Assembly: GCA_040876885.1 (NCBI GenBank)
Contig: JBBDOU010000012.1
Coordinates: 5,986-69,985 of the forward strand
Direction of reading: 5' to 3'
DNA from: Minisyncoccota bacterium
Lineage (GTDB): Bacteria; Patescibacteriota; Minisyncoccia; Phycocordibacterales; JABMNX01
Length of the DNA: 64,000 bases
Positions 1-10,335 of this stretch are shown in pieces; position 1 is the stretch's first letter; every line of letters starts with the position of its first letter. The notes under the pieces were generated by a model. It made no database searches. It saw nothing but the letters and a program-made list of their open reading frames with translations, and had not been told where the DNA came from. The position numbers and the translations under genes are program-made.

Positions 1-1203
<1,203 letters not shown>

Positions 1204-1205
1204 AC

Positions 1206-1442
1206 ATGTTTTTTCTTACGATAACAGCGGTCAACACAAAGTTATTTGAGGGAGAGGTTTCTTCTGTGACTGCGCCTGCCGACGAGGGTGAGGTGACAAT
1301 ACTCGCGCATCACGAACCATTTGTGTCAGTCCTAAAAAAGGGAATTATCACTGTTCGAGTTGAAGGAGCAGAACCAAAATCTTTTGAAGTGGAGAAAGGG
1401 ATTCTTGAAGTCGGAGGAAACAAGGCTACTATCTTAGTATAG
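1206..1442 (+). CDS. atpC: ATP synthase epsilon subunit, N-terminal beta-sandwich only (78 aa)
   Basis: Follows atpD; GEVTILAHHEP and GILEV motifs; no C-terminal helices. Confidence 0.93.
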   Translation: MFFLTITAVNTKLFEGEVSSVTAPADEGEVTILAHHEPFVSVLKKGIITVRVEGAEPKSFEVEKGILEVGGNKATILV

Positions 1443-1505
1443 CGTTTGACTATTTTTTGCGGTGCAGTTGACCTCGTCACCCACATAGGGTACACATAGC
1501 AGTCA

Positions 1506-1528
1506 TTTTGGCGGTCGGACCGCCAAAA
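1506..1528. repeat. Perfect 11-bp inverted repeat TTTTGGCGGTC-G-GACCGCCAAAA (terminator or REP-like)
   Basis: Read directly; lies 63 nt after the atpC stop. Confidence 0.75.
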
Positions 1529-1748
1529 GTAGCTGGTGTCAGTCGAAGTAACAGTCGCTCGGATTACTACTTTGCTATACAGCTCTGATACCTACCATTA
1601 AACGTCACGGTTTTGTATGGTCTCGAACTAGAGTTCGTAACCACACATGATTGGTAATATGTCCAAGAAAGCGTTTGGGATGGAAGACTTCTCTTGAAGT
1701 ATTTACCAAGGGTGTTGCACTAACAGGTTGAATGTACCCCCCGTGTGC

Positions 1749-1777
1749 TTGACTTTTCATATCAGATATGATATAAT
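1749..1777 (+). promoter_or_regulatory. Sigma70 promoter TTGACT-N17-TATAAT with inverted repeat TCATATC-A-GATATGA in the spacer
   Basis: Near-consensus hexamers, 17-nt spacer. Confidence 0.8.
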
Positions 1778-1839
1778 TAATATAGAAAGTTAAGGAATCC
1801 CTTAACAAAGCACTCACATCATTTTCAAGGAGAAAAAAG

Positions 1840-1971
1840 ATGCATGAGTTTCAAATCTCAATGCAGAAGCGTCACAACGAGGAACTCGCAGAGTTTATCT
1901 GCACAGGGATTCTTGTTGTCGGGATTACAATCATCGAGATTTATCTCTACTTGCACCCGACAATCGGGTAA
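1840..1971 (+). CDS. Small single-TM membrane protein, 43 aa (MHEFQISMQKRHNEELAEFICTGILVVGITIIEIYLYLHPTIG), not in ORF track
   Basis: Manual translation; SD AAGGAG; own promoter upstream and terminator downstream. Confidence 0.7.
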   Translation: MHEFQISMQKRHNEELAEFICTGILVVGITIIEIYLYLHPTIG

Positions 1972-1979
1972 AGTATATC

Positions 1980-2009
1980 AAGGCCGCAACACATTAGTTG
2001 CGGCCTTTT
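1980..2009 (+). terminator. Rho-independent terminator
   Basis: AAGGCCGCAAC-acatta-GTTGCGGCCTT followed by T residues. Confidence 0.85.
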
Positions 2010-2058
2010 CAATTTTGATTTGGTTTAATATCTGCAGAAAAGGTGGTAGGCTTGCCTC

Positions 2059-2343
2059 ATGTTTAAACGAGTAACTGAAGACTTCCAGTGTGCGTACTGC
2101 GGTGAGCAGGTTATTGGTAACGGCTACACAAACCATTGCCCTGAATGCTTGTGGAGTATGCATGTTGATATTGAACCTGGAGACCGGGCTTCTGAGTGCA
2201 AGGCGCTCATGCGGCCTGTTTCTTTTGAGGAAAAGAAAGGAACGTATACCATATTACACCGATGCACGGGGTGTAGTCTTGAGAAGCACAACAAACTTCA
2301 AGAGAATGATGTATTTGACCCCGAACAAGTACTCCATAGTTAG
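2059..2343 (+). CDS. RNHCP domain zinc-binding protein
   Basis: CAYC, YTNHCPECLWSMHVD, PGDR..C..LM.P, HRCTGC. Confidence 0.85.
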   Translation: MFKRVTEDFQCAYCGEQVIGNGYTNHCPECLWSMHVDIEPGDRASECKALMRPVSFEEKKGTYTILHRCTGCSLEKHNKLQENDVFDPEQVLHS

Positions 2344-2379
2344 ATAGGCTACGTGCGCGACTCATTATCGGTGAGTTTT

Positions 2380-5300
2380 TTATTTTAGAACACCAGGCTT
2401 TCGGTAGTAAAGGATTGGGACAATAACAAGGGTGAGCAATACCGCAAAGAGAAGACCAAAGATGATTGACCATGCAAGCGGTTCCCAAAGGTCTGATGCA
2501 TACGTAAGTGGAAAGATACCGACTACCGTGGTGATGGTAGTAAGAAGAATGGGGCGGAGTCTCAGCGAAGCCCCTTCAAGTACTATTTCTTTTATATCAC
2601 GTTCCGGTGCGCTCTTTTTGCGTATCTCATTAATAGTGTCAATAAGAATAATTGAGTTGTTTACCACAATTCCTGTGAGTGCAATAAATCCCATCATAGA
2701 AGGGAAGGAGAGTGCCTTACCGGTTACCGCGAGTCCTATCATAATACCAATAAGGGCGAGTGGTGTAACTGAAAGGACGTAGAGCGCGTGGCGGTATGAG
2801 TTAAACTGAAGTACTAGGATCGCAAGCATGAGGAGAAGTCCTACAATAAGCGCGTAGAACATCTCTTTAAAAGCTTGATTGTTCTCTTCATTTTCGCCTC
2901 CTATGTGCATAGAAGTTCCTGCTGGTAATACGAGTTCTGTTTCAGCACGTGTTTTAAATTCTGCGATAATCTCACGAAGGTTTCCGTCTGCGGTTAACTG
3001 TGCATTTGCGGTTGTGACTCGTTTTGTATCTTCATGAGAGATCGTGGTGTTGTTTTTTGCGAGCGTTGTCTTAAGTACTGAACCAAGAAGGATTGGTCCG
3101 TTTGGGGTTTGAATAGAGAGTTGGTTCAGCGCGTCTATCGTTGTACGGTTCGTGTCGTGTGCATCAAGGTAGTCTGTATTTAGATTGAGTCGCACCATAA
3201 CCTTAATGTCTTCATCAGAGCTTTTGATTGATGTTGCCTCAACACCGCTTACTGCTGCTCGAAGGGTTTGTGAGATAATGCTTGCATCAAGTCCAAGCAC
3301 TGTTGCCTTTGCCGTATCAACTTCAACGACGAACTGGATACCGTCATTTTTTGCACTCGTCGTCACATCTGAGGTCCCGGGGATTCCTTCTAAAATTTCT
3401 GCTGTTTTGGAAGAAAGCTCCTCGATTGCGTCTAGGTTTTCTCCAAGGAAGTTAATAACGATTGGTGTTCCTGTTGGGGGTCCGTCACTTGCTTGAGAGA
3501 CACGAACTATAGAAGAGTGGATATCTTTAAAATCAGCACGGAGCACCTCGACCATTTCTGTAGAAGTGATTGCTCGGTCGTCTCGTAAGGTGATAAATAT
3601 ATTTGCGAGTTTTGGGTTCACGCCACCATTTCCGGTAAACGCACTTGATCCGCCACTGGTGACCAGGAAAGAATCAATAATGGAGTACGAATATAAGATC
3701 TCCTCAACCTTACGTATTTCAAGGTCAGACTGAGCAAGAACAGTTCCTTCAGGAAGCTCGGTCTCGATAATGATAAAACTCTGGTCACTTGTTGCAAAAA
3801 ACTCTACCTTTACCAAGCCAATAATAGGAAATGAAAGCGTTATAAAGAATACTACAATAGCTCCCCAGACCCACATGCGTTCACGCTTCCTGTTTCCTAA
3901 AATGCTGTCTATTTTATTGCGGTACCACTGTTGCAGTTTTTCTGTGTAATACGCCTGTTTCTTTTCAACTGCGTTAGTGTCCCGCCTCCGTAGTACGAGG
4001 GAGCTAATAAGTGGGATAAAACCAAGTGCAACAAGTAACGATGCAAGGAGTACAAATATAATGGTAAATGGAATCGTCGCAATAAACTGACCCGTGACTC
4101 CTGAAATAAAGAAGAGTGGTGCAAACACCGCAACAGTAGTCATTGTTCCTGAGGTAAGGGGCATGTAGAAGGTTCTAATAGCCTCAAGCACTGCTTTCTT
4201 CTTATCCCCATCAGGGTGATGCTTCATGTTTCGGTTTATACCTTCCACAATCACAATTGCGGAATCAACGAGAATACCAATTGCTAAGATAAGCGCAAAA
4301 AGGGAGACGAAGTTGAGCGTGTTCCCAGATTGATTAAGTGCAATGAAGGCAATCGTAAAGGAAAGGGGAATTGCGGACCCCGCGACAAGTGCTTCTCTCC
4401 AACCGATAGCAATAAAGAGCACAATCATAACAAGGAGTACTGTTTGTAATCCTGAAGTTGTGAGGCTGGTGAGGTCTTTTTTAAGCTGTTCTCCTGTGTC
4501 GTAGACTATAAGAGTATTTACACCTTCAAGAATACCTCCACCACTTTTTAATGCTTCAATTCTTTCTTGTACTGCTTTGGTTATTTTTGTAACATCTCCA
4601 CCACTTCGTTTAAAGACATCAAAAGAAAGTGCTGACTGAGAAGGTTCTCCTTGTAGAGAAAAACGTGAATGCGTACGGGCGACAGAGAGACCATCAATAA
4701 CGGTAGCAACATCACGTACGTATACAGGCTCTCCTCCAGATTCGAGAATGGCAATGTCGGCGACTTCTCGAGGGTCGTCAATGTTTCCCTCAAATTGCAC
4801 GTTGTATTCAATATTATTGACAACGATATTTCCAATCGGGAAAGTGTTGTTTGCTCTAGATATCGCACTGATAACATCGAGGAGTCTTAGGTTGAAAGTG
4901 TTCAGCGCTTCTCGGTTTACAATTACTTGCGTCTCTCGTTCTCTAAAACCACCAATGTTTACATCTGAGACTCCAGGAACTCGTTTTATTTCCTCCTCAA
5001 CCTTTTGGGCAAGACGAACAAGCTCTTGTTCTGGCAAGTCTGACGCAATAGCAAAGGTGATGACCGGTTGGTTTACAAAGTTGACATCACTCACAAGAGG
5101 GTCGTTTGTATCAGTAGGGAGTTCAGGTTTTATCTTATCTACCGCATCTTTCAGATCTCGTATTGAGTCGTCTATATCCGCACTCGCATCAAACTCAACA
5201 ACAACAGTAGAAACACCTTCTTGAGAAGAAGAGGTGATTTTTTTCACCTCATCAAGTGTATTATTGAGTGCACTTTCTAATTTGTTTGTAATGAGCGTCT

Positions 5301-5481
5301 CAATGTCGAATGCTGATGCACCCGTGAGTACTGTTGTAACAACACCTACTGGAACCTGTACTTCAGGCGCAGACTCTTTTGGAATTGAAATAAGAGAACT
5401 TGCACCAAAACCAATAAGGGCAATGATGAAGAGATAGCTAAAATTTCGATGTTTTGTGAAAAAACTCCAGAATGAATACAT
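2380..5481 (-). CDS. RND family (AcrB/AcrD/AcrF) transporter permease
   Basis: 1033 aa, two large extracytoplasmic loops; GILVDSAIVIVE, GIVVNNSIILID, RLRPILLT. Confidence 0.96.
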   Translation of the reverse strand: MYSFWSFFTKHRNFSYLFIIALIGFGASSLISIPKESAPEVQVPVGVVTTVLTGASAFDIETLITNKLESALNNTLDEVKKITSSSQEGVSTVVVEFDASADIDDSIRDLKDAVDKIKPELPTDTNDPLVSDVNFVNQPVITFAIASDLPEQELVRLAQKVEEEIKRVPGVSDVNIGGFRERETQVIVNREALNTFNLRLLDVISAISRANNTFPIGNIVVNNIEYNVQFEGNIDDPREVADIAILESGGEPVYVRDVATVIDGLSVARTHSRFSLQGEPSQSALSFDVFKRSGGDVTKITKAVQERIEALKSGGGILEGVNTLIVYDTGEQLKKDLTSLTTSGLQTVLLVMIVLFIAIGWREALVAGSAIPLSFTIAFIALNQSGNTLNFVSLFALILAIGILVDSAIVIVEGINRNMKHHPDGDKKKAVLEAIRTFYMPLTSGTMTTVAVFAPLFFISGVTGQFIATIPFTIIFVLLASLLVALGFIPLISSLVLRRRDTNAVEKKQAYYTEKLQQWYRNKIDSILGNRKRERMWVWGAIVVFFITLSFPIIGLVKVEFFATSDQSFIIIETELPEGTVLAQSDLEIRKVEEILYSYSIIDSFLVTSGGSSAFTGNGGVNPKLANIFITLRDDRAITSTEMVEVLRADFKDIHSSIVRVSQASDGPPTGTPIVINFLGENLDAIEELSSKTAEILEGIPGTSDVTTSAKNDGIQFVVEVDTAKATVLGLDASIISQTLRAAVSGVEATSIKSSDEDIKVMVRLNLNTDYLDAHDTNRTTIDALNQLSIQTPNGPILLGSVLKTTLAKNNTTISHEDTKRVTTANAQLTADGNLREIIAEFKTRAETELVLPAGTSMHIGGENEENNQAFKEMFYALIVGLLLMLAILVLQFNSYRHALYVLSVTPLALIGIMIGLAVTGKALSFPSMMGFIALTGIVVNNSIILIDTINEIRKKSAPERDIKEIVLEGASLRLRPILLTTITTVVGIFPLTYASDLWEPLAWSIIFGLLFAVLLTLVIVPILYYRKPGVLK

Positions 5482-5494
5482 GGTTTATGAGTGA

Positions 5495-7087
5495 TTATTC
5501 GGTTATTACTGTTTGTTTTTCTTTTAGTCCACGAGCGTCAGTGACGATATACATTTCAGGATTTATACCCGCAGTGATTTCAACTTTGTCTCCGAGTATT
5601 CTTCCTATAGTTACTTTATGCGACACAAGGGTGTTTTCAGAGGAAAGTGTGAAGACAAACGCGTCAGTGGTTGTAATTTTTAGTGCTGAGATAGGGATAA
5701 AGATGTCTTTGATTTCAGAAGATGACGCGGGTCGAGAGCGGGTTACTTTCACTTCAACCGAGGCACCTTGTGTAATAGCACTTCCCTCGTCAGTAACACC
5801 GATGCGTATTTGGATTTTCTTTGTTTGAGGATCAAGCCCTGGTGAAATTGAAGTGACGACACCATTTAATGTATCAGCAATTAATGCAGTATTTCCTACG
5901 GCGATATTATTTCGTTCGCTTTCTGTTATAAATGCAGTTATTTCAAGTGCGTTACTATTTGAGACGATGGCAGCTGGTTCAAATAGTGAAACAAAGTCGC
6001 CTGTTGAAAGAGAGAGAGAAGAAATACGCCCACTTATTGGTGTTCGCACTCTGGTCTTTTCTAGGTTTGCTTGCGCCACTCGAAGCGCAGCTTCCGCTGA
6101 GGTGATATCTTCTTCTCGTTCCCCAGTAATACCTTTACTGTTATTTTCTTGTGCAATTTTAAGTGCGCTCTCAGCACCGTCGAGGTACTGTTTTTGAGTT
6201 GCGAGCGCACTCAAGCTCGAGAGAATGCTTGTGCGAGCACCTGAGACACTTGTCTTGTAAGTCTCTATTTGGCTTGAACTAACCTCGGGAGTGTTTACGG
6301 CTGTGTTGAGTGCGGCAAGTATTGTATCGAGGTATCGTTTAATCACATCGAGCCCCTCCGTTGTGGAGGAGTACTCTCTATTCAAATCGTCTTCAACCGC
6401 AAGATTATTTCGTGTATCTTTAAAGCCTAAGAGGATTGCTTCTACCGCTACACGTGTAGTCTCGATATTAGTCTCGAGTTGGTTCTCTGAGACAGTAATA
6501 TTTATTTGTGGGTTCTGAGAGCTTGCGTTACTGACTATTTGGTCAGCACTTCGTGTAATCACATCATCAGCTGTTGCATACGCTGAGAAGAGCGTGTTTA
6601 TAGATTGTCGCTTTGTATTTACAAGATCACTCTCGGCATTTTTAAGATTAATGGTAAGGATAGAGAGCTCTTCGTTACGGCTTCCTTTCTGAACCTTATC
6701 AAGATTTGCTTGCGCCTGTGCAACAGAAGCCCGCTCACCAGTATTTTTTATTTCCGCAATAATTGCTCCAGCTGCAACAAAATCTCCAACATTTCTATAC
6801 ACGCCAGTGATTGTTCCGGAAGACTCTGTTCGGAGAATCGCCTCTTTCTCTGACCGCACCGTTCCAATAATTGAGAGTGGAGTCGTTTCTGTTGAGAGTG
6901 TCGCCACTTGCTCAACGGTCACTTTTCGAGATTGTGCGTCTCGAGTGATTTCATCAAGCACAGAACCGCCGGTGAATCTCAAAACTCCGATAAGGAGAAT
7001 AAAAAGCACTGCAATAGTCGTCCAAAGGATATACCGGTCTCTACGTCCGAATTGCTGGTATTTTTGAAATAATCTTTTATGAATCAT
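5495..7087 (-). CDS. RND membrane fusion protein (HlyD family adaptor) with long coiled coil
   Basis: N-terminal TM, lipoyl half-motifs (SGTIT..VGDFV; RTPISGRI), directly upstream of the RND permease. Confidence 0.9.
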   Translation of the reverse strand: MIHKRLFQKYQQFGRRDRYILWTTIAVLFILLIGVLRFTGGSVLDEITRDAQSRKVTVEQVATLSTETTPLSIIGTVRSEKEAILRTESSGTITGVYRNVGDFVAAGAIIAEIKNTGERASVAQAQANLDKVQKGSRNEELSILTINLKNAESDLVNTKRQSINTLFSAYATADDVITRSADQIVSNASSQNPQINITVSENQLETNIETTRVAVEAILLGFKDTRNNLAVEDDLNREYSSTTEGLDVIKRYLDTILAALNTAVNTPEVSSSQIETYKTSVSGARTSILSSLSALATQKQYLDGAESALKIAQENNSKGITGEREEDITSAEAALRVAQANLEKTRVRTPISGRISSLSLSTGDFVSLFEPAAIVSNSNALEITAFITESERNNIAVGNTALIADTLNGVVTSISPGLDPQTKKIQIRIGVTDEGSAITQGASVEVKVTRSRPASSSEIKDIFIPISALKITTTDAFVFTLSSENTLVSHKVTIGRILGDKVEITAGINPEMYIVTDARGLKEKQTVITE

Positions 7088-7230
7088 AGTGTGTATAAAG
7101 TTAATATACGCTAAAGAATACTACATCGATTTTGTTAAATCAAAGAAGGTTCAAAGCTCAGTCATTAACTGAAAAGTGGGCATAATCTGGTAGTGCCTAA
7201 AAGAGATGTTTTTGGTACACTGACAAGCAT

Positions 7231-7452
7231 ATGTTTAAAAATATGTTAATGAAGCGGTTACTTAAGTCTAAGATGAAGGACGTCCCTGAAGAACAGCAGA
7301 ACATGATTTTAGGGGCTATTGAAAAGAACCCAGATTTTTTTCAAAAAATTGGAGTCGAGATTCAAGCAAAAATGAAAGGTGGCAAAGACCAGATGACTGC
7401 AACGATGGAGGTAATGCAGGCGCATCAGGAGGAGTTGCGGAAGATGATGTAA
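7231..7452 (+). CDS. Small Met/Lys-rich helical hypothetical protein
   Basis: Clean ORF; TGgTACACT -10 box 9 nt before ATG. Confidence 0.7.
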   Translation: MFKNMLMKRLLKSKMKDVPEEQQNMILGAIEKNPDFFQKIGVEIQAKMKGGKDQMTATMEVMQAHQEELRKMM

Positions 7453-7502
7453 GTGTTTAATTCTAATAATTAAGTATAGTAACTTCTCAATTTATACAGA
7501 CA

Positions 7503-7973
7503 GTGGGGCAGTTTGGTCTCACGCTTGCTGTTGGTGCATCAACCTTTGCACTCATCTTTTATTATGTAGCAATTCAAGATGGTATTATTGATGCATCTGA
7601 GAAACGTTTTATGCATGTAGTGTATAGAGTACTTCGTGTTGGACTGGTTCTTATTATTGTAACTGAGTTGTGTCTGGCACTCTTTCATTATATGCAGGAT
7701 GGTTTTTTATTTTTTAAAAATGAATTCCTTCTCTTCACGTGGACAGTTCTTGCGGTCATTGTATGTAATGCCATACTTATGCAAAAACATAAGATGCCTA
7801 TGTGGCTTGGTCCGGCACTTGCTGGGGGTTCGTGGTACACACTGGCTCTTGTTCACGCGTTTCCTCCCGCAGCACTTTCCTCGTATACAACTCTCGGTGT
7901 ATACTACGTCACGTTTGTAGCTCTTATGGTGGTAGCATTAAAAATTATAAAAATGGTTTACTCAAAGAAATAA
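7503..7973 (+). CDS. Hypothetical integral membrane protein (start uncertain)
   Basis: About 5 hydrophobic segments; frame stays open upstream without an ATG. Confidence 0.75.
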   Translation: MGQFGLTLAVGASTFALIFYYVAIQDGIIDASEKRFMHVVYRVLRVGLVLIIVTELCLALFHYMQDGFLFFKNEFLLFTWTVLAVIVCNAILMQKHKMPMWLGPALAGGSWYTLALVHAFPPAALSSYTTLGVYYVTFVALMVVALKIIKMVYSKK

Positions 7974-7997
7974 CAACATAATCGCAGATTTTAATTT

Positions 7998-8594
7998 ATG
8001 ACATCAAAAAAAATATTTATCTTAGTGGGGCACCCCGACACAGAATCTTTAGTGAGTTCTTTAGCACTCTCCTATGCAGAAGGGGCACAAGCAGGGGGGC
8101 ATGAGGTGCGTCATATGAATATTGGTGAGATGCACTTTGATCCCATTCTTCATAAGGGGTATAAGGAAATACAGGCACTTGAGCCAGATTTACTCAAAGC
8201 ACAAGAAAATTTCAAATGGGCTGACCATATTATTATCCTGTATCCAAACTGGTGGTGTTCAATGCCCGCAATCCTCAAGGGGATGTTTGACCGTATGTGG
8301 CTTCCAGGGTTTGCATTCAATTTTAAAAAAGATAAAGACGGTAACCGTACCTCAAAATTGATCAAAATGTTTGAAGGTAAAAGCGCTCGAGTAGTGGTGA
8401 CCACGGGGACACATCCACTTATGATTCGTTTCCATTTTGGGGATTACACAAATGAGATTATTAGAGGTATTTTGGGGTTCTCTGGAATTCATCCAGTACG
8501 TCTTTCTACGTTTGGGCCAAGTGAGAAGGCGTCAGATGCTGAGAAGGATTCATGGCGAGATGCGATGCATCGACTGGGAAGGAAATCTAAATAA
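7998..8594 (+). CDS. NAD(P)H dehydrogenase (quinone), flavodoxin-like fold
   Basis: GHP, FDPILH, WADH..YPNWW.SMPAILKG.FDR. Confidence 0.92.
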   Translation: MTSKKIFILVGHPDTESLVSSLALSYAEGAQAGGHEVRHMNIGEMHFDPILHKGYKEIQALEPDLLKAQENFKWADHIIILYPNWWCSMPAILKGMFDRMWLPGFAFNFKKDKDGNRTSKLIKMFEGKSARVVVTTGTHPLMIRFHFGDYTNEIIRGILGFSGIHPVRLSTFGPSEKASDAEKDSWRDAMHRLGRKSK

Positions 8595-8599
8595 ATATT

Positions 8600-9697
8600 A
8601 TGTCACTATCAATCGGAATTGTAGGGCTTCCAAATGTTGGGAAGTCCACCTTATTTAACGCGTTAACGAAGCGCTCAGTACCAGCGGAGAATTTTCCGTT
8701 TTGTACCATTGACCCCTCTGTGGGAGTTGTTGCGGTTCCCGATAAACGACTTGAGGTATTGAGTCAGTTATCAAAATCTGCGAAAACAGTGCCAACCGCA
8801 ATTGAGTTTGTTGATATTGCAGGTTTGGTTAAAGGTGCGTCAGACGGGGAGGGATTGGGAAATAAATTTCTCTCGCATATTCGTGAAGTTGATGCTATTG
8901 CACACATTGTGCGTCTCTTTGAGGATTCCGACATTACTCACATACACGGGACGATAGACCCCGTTGACGATATCACGGTAATTAACTTGGAGCTCATTAT
9001 GGCTGATATGCAGACGACCGCAAAACGACTGCAATCAATAGAGCGCGAGGTGCGTCGTGGAGATACGGAGGCTGTGTTCGAACATGGGGTTGTTGCGAAA
9101 GTGCTGAAGACTCTCGAGAGTGGGCACTTGGCATTAAAGACTGATTTAAATGAAAAGGAGACAGAGACTATTACAGGGTTGCATCTGCTTACAATGAAGC
9201 CAATGCTGTACGTGCTTAATAAGAAGGCGAGCGCACTGAATTTAGATGAAGAAAATGGAGACCGGTACGCGCGACTCTTAGGATTCTTGGAAGAGACTCA
9301 TTCGGAATACGTTATTATTGATGCAGGGGTTGAGCACGAGCTTAAAGATGTCTCAGGAGACGATCGTGAAGAATTCCTGCGAGAGTTTGGAGTTGTTGAG
9401 GATGGTGTGAGTGCATTTATTCAAACAGGATACCGACTATTAAATTTAATTACTTTTTTTACAACAGGAGAAGATGAAACGCGTGCGTGGACAATACTTA
9501 CGGGTAGCACCGCTCCTATTGCGGGAGCCGCTATTCACTCAGACTTTAGAGAGAAGTTTATCCGGGCTGAAGTAGTTGCGTATGAAAAGCTGGTGGAAGC
9601 ACAGACCTATGCGGTAGCACGAGAAAAGGGGTGGGTGCGCACTGAAGGGAAGGAGTATGTGGTTGCAGACGGTGACATTATCGAGTTTAGAATATAA
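8600..9697 (+). CDS. ychF: Redox-regulated ribosome-binding ATPase YchF
   Basis: [46 protein letters not shown]-terminal TGS domain. Confidence 0.98.
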   Translation: MSLSIGIVGLPNVGKSTLFNALTKRSVPAENFPFCTIDPSVGVVAVPDKRLEVLSQLSKSAKTVPTAIEFVDIAGLVKGASDGEGLGNKFLSHIREVDAIAHIVRLFEDSDITHIHGTIDPVDDITVINLELIMADMQTTAKRLQSIEREVRRGDTEAVFEHGVVAKVLKTLESGHLALKTDLNEKETETITGLHLLTMKPMLYVLNKKASALNLDEENGDRYARLLGFLEETHSEYVIIDAGVEHELKDVSGDDREEFLREFGVVEDGVSAFIQTGYRLLNLITFFTTGEDETRAWTILTGSTAPIAGAAIHSDFREKFIRAEVVAYEKLVEAQTYAVAREKGWVRTEGKEYVVADGDIIEFRI

Positions 9698-9698
9698 T

Positions 9699-9728
9699 TT
9701 GACATTGTACAATATAGTATGGTATAAT
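9699..9728 (+). promoter_or_regulatory. Sigma70 promoter TTGACA-N18-TATAAT with extended TG
   Basis: Consensus hexamers read directly. Confidence 0.75.
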
Positions 9729-9767
9729 ATATAATAGAATATCATCTTTTGAAATGAGGTAACAACA

Positions 9768-10220
9768 ATGCGTTTTACATCGCTCCTGCTTGTAATTCTA
9801 TTCCTCTGTGCTCCGCAAGATGCACAGGCAGAAAAAACCGAAGAAACATGTCTCTCAATCTTCGTGACCGGACGACCAAAGGTTGACGATATACTTCGTA
9901 TATCGTTACCTCACTTGGGCTTTTCCTGTACCGAAGAGGAAGTCTTGGTTCCTAAAGTTATTCTTGAAGTGAACCAGATTCGTCCCATCAGAAAGGGTGC
10001 GGGTGAGTACGCAGTTCTCTTTTCCGCACGGGTTTTCTTTGAGGGTAGGTTACACCAGGAAATCATCTGGAGCGGAGAGTCTGCTCCTCGTGTCTATTCC
10101 GACGCAGGAATCTCCCTGGACGACATGATTGATTCCGGTGGAGTCGCTGAGGCAATCTTTGCTGGGAAGGATGATTTGCACTCTCTTATACAAATACTCA
10201 GTCAAGAAAAGACCCAGTAA
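9768..10220 (+). CDS. Hypothetical secreted protein
   Basis: Signal peptide MRFTSLLLVILFLCAPQDAQA; SD GAGGT; own promoter and terminator. Confidence 0.75.
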   Translation: MRFTSLLLVILFLCAPQDAQAEKTEETCLSIFVTGRPKVDDILRISLPHLGFSCTEEEVLVPKVILEVNQIRPIRKGAGEYAVLFSARVFFEGRLHQEIIWSGESAPRVYSDAGISLDDMIDSGGVAEAIFAGKDDLHSLIQILSQEKTQ

Positions 10221-10226
10221 AAAACT

Positions 10227-10260
10227 AAAGTCCGCCGATGTCATGTCAGGCGGACTTTTT
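10227..10260 (+). terminator. Rho-independent terminator
   Basis: AAAGTCCGCC...GGCGGACTTTTT. Confidence 0.85.
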
Positions 10261-10335
10261 CACCTGTATTGTATCGCCTCTATCGACAAGGTATACTTTT
10301 GAGTACTTGATTAATCATAATCTTTACACACATCT

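Noticed and set aside
1844-2074. 76-aa ORF-track entry
   Set aside because: Runs through the terminator; the 1840-1971 frame fits between SD and terminator and has a coherent TM
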